Below are positions 63,724-64,000 of a stretch of DNA of 64,000 nucleotides, piece by piece. The notes beneath the pieces are model-generated. The model was given only the letters and a program-made list of their open reading frames with translations. It was not told where the DNA came from and did not search any database. The number at the start of each line of letters is the position of its first letter. The first letter of the stretch is position 1. Source of the stretch: Batkoa obscura (taxonomy: Eukaryota); assembly GCA_030770535.1 (NCBI GenBank), contig JASVEC010000027.1, positions 682,001 to 746,000 on the forward strand, written 5' to 3'. A program made the position numbers and the translations under genes.

Positions 63724-64000
63724 ATATGCAGGAGATTGTTTAATTGATTTAATATTTAAAGAGCTTTTGTTTAAAAAGTCTACAAAAATTGATATATGAG
63801 CAGATACAGGAAACCGCTTTAAATCTCAAGAGTTTTTACATATATTTAAAGAATTTAATTATGTAAAACTTAATATTCTAAGTCTGATTGTCTTATATCA
63901 ATTATAAAAAGCTGAAAGTCTAAAAAAAATTTGCAAAAATTTGTTAAAAAAGTATATAAAAAATAAAAAACAATAATAATAGCAATAATATAACAAAATG

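Overview
AT-rich, intron-containing eukaryotic DNA, fungal by gene content. An early-diverging fungus, possibly Entomophthoromycotina/Conidiobolus-like, is my inference and is not proven. About 23 protein-coding genes, mostly housekeeping (AP-3 beta, cyclophilin, Cbp4, Gnd1, Neo1, Vps1, Mep/Amt, Hem12, Drs1, Rai1/DXO, PKA regulatory subunit, Rpl11), with short introns of mostly about 45-55 nt. Accessory content: a rhodopsin-like 7TM receptor family (one intact gene, three pseudogenes); 15 near-full copies of a ~97-bp MITE with GRG...CYC ends and 4-bp ANNT target duplications, including one nested copy and one in-frame insertion; five copies of a ~470-bp TGTG...CACA solo-LTR-like repeat; and several other hairpin MITEs. 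The most notable item is the intronless 803-aa gene at 16122-18533. It combines a helical MLKL/HeLo-like N-terminus, a pseudokinase with HRD->HGG and DFG->GFE changes (human MLKL has HGK and GFE) and C-terminal Sel1-like repeats, making it a candidate sensor-plus-executioner cell-death protein. Exon boundaries were read by eye and may be off by a few bases. No database searches were run.
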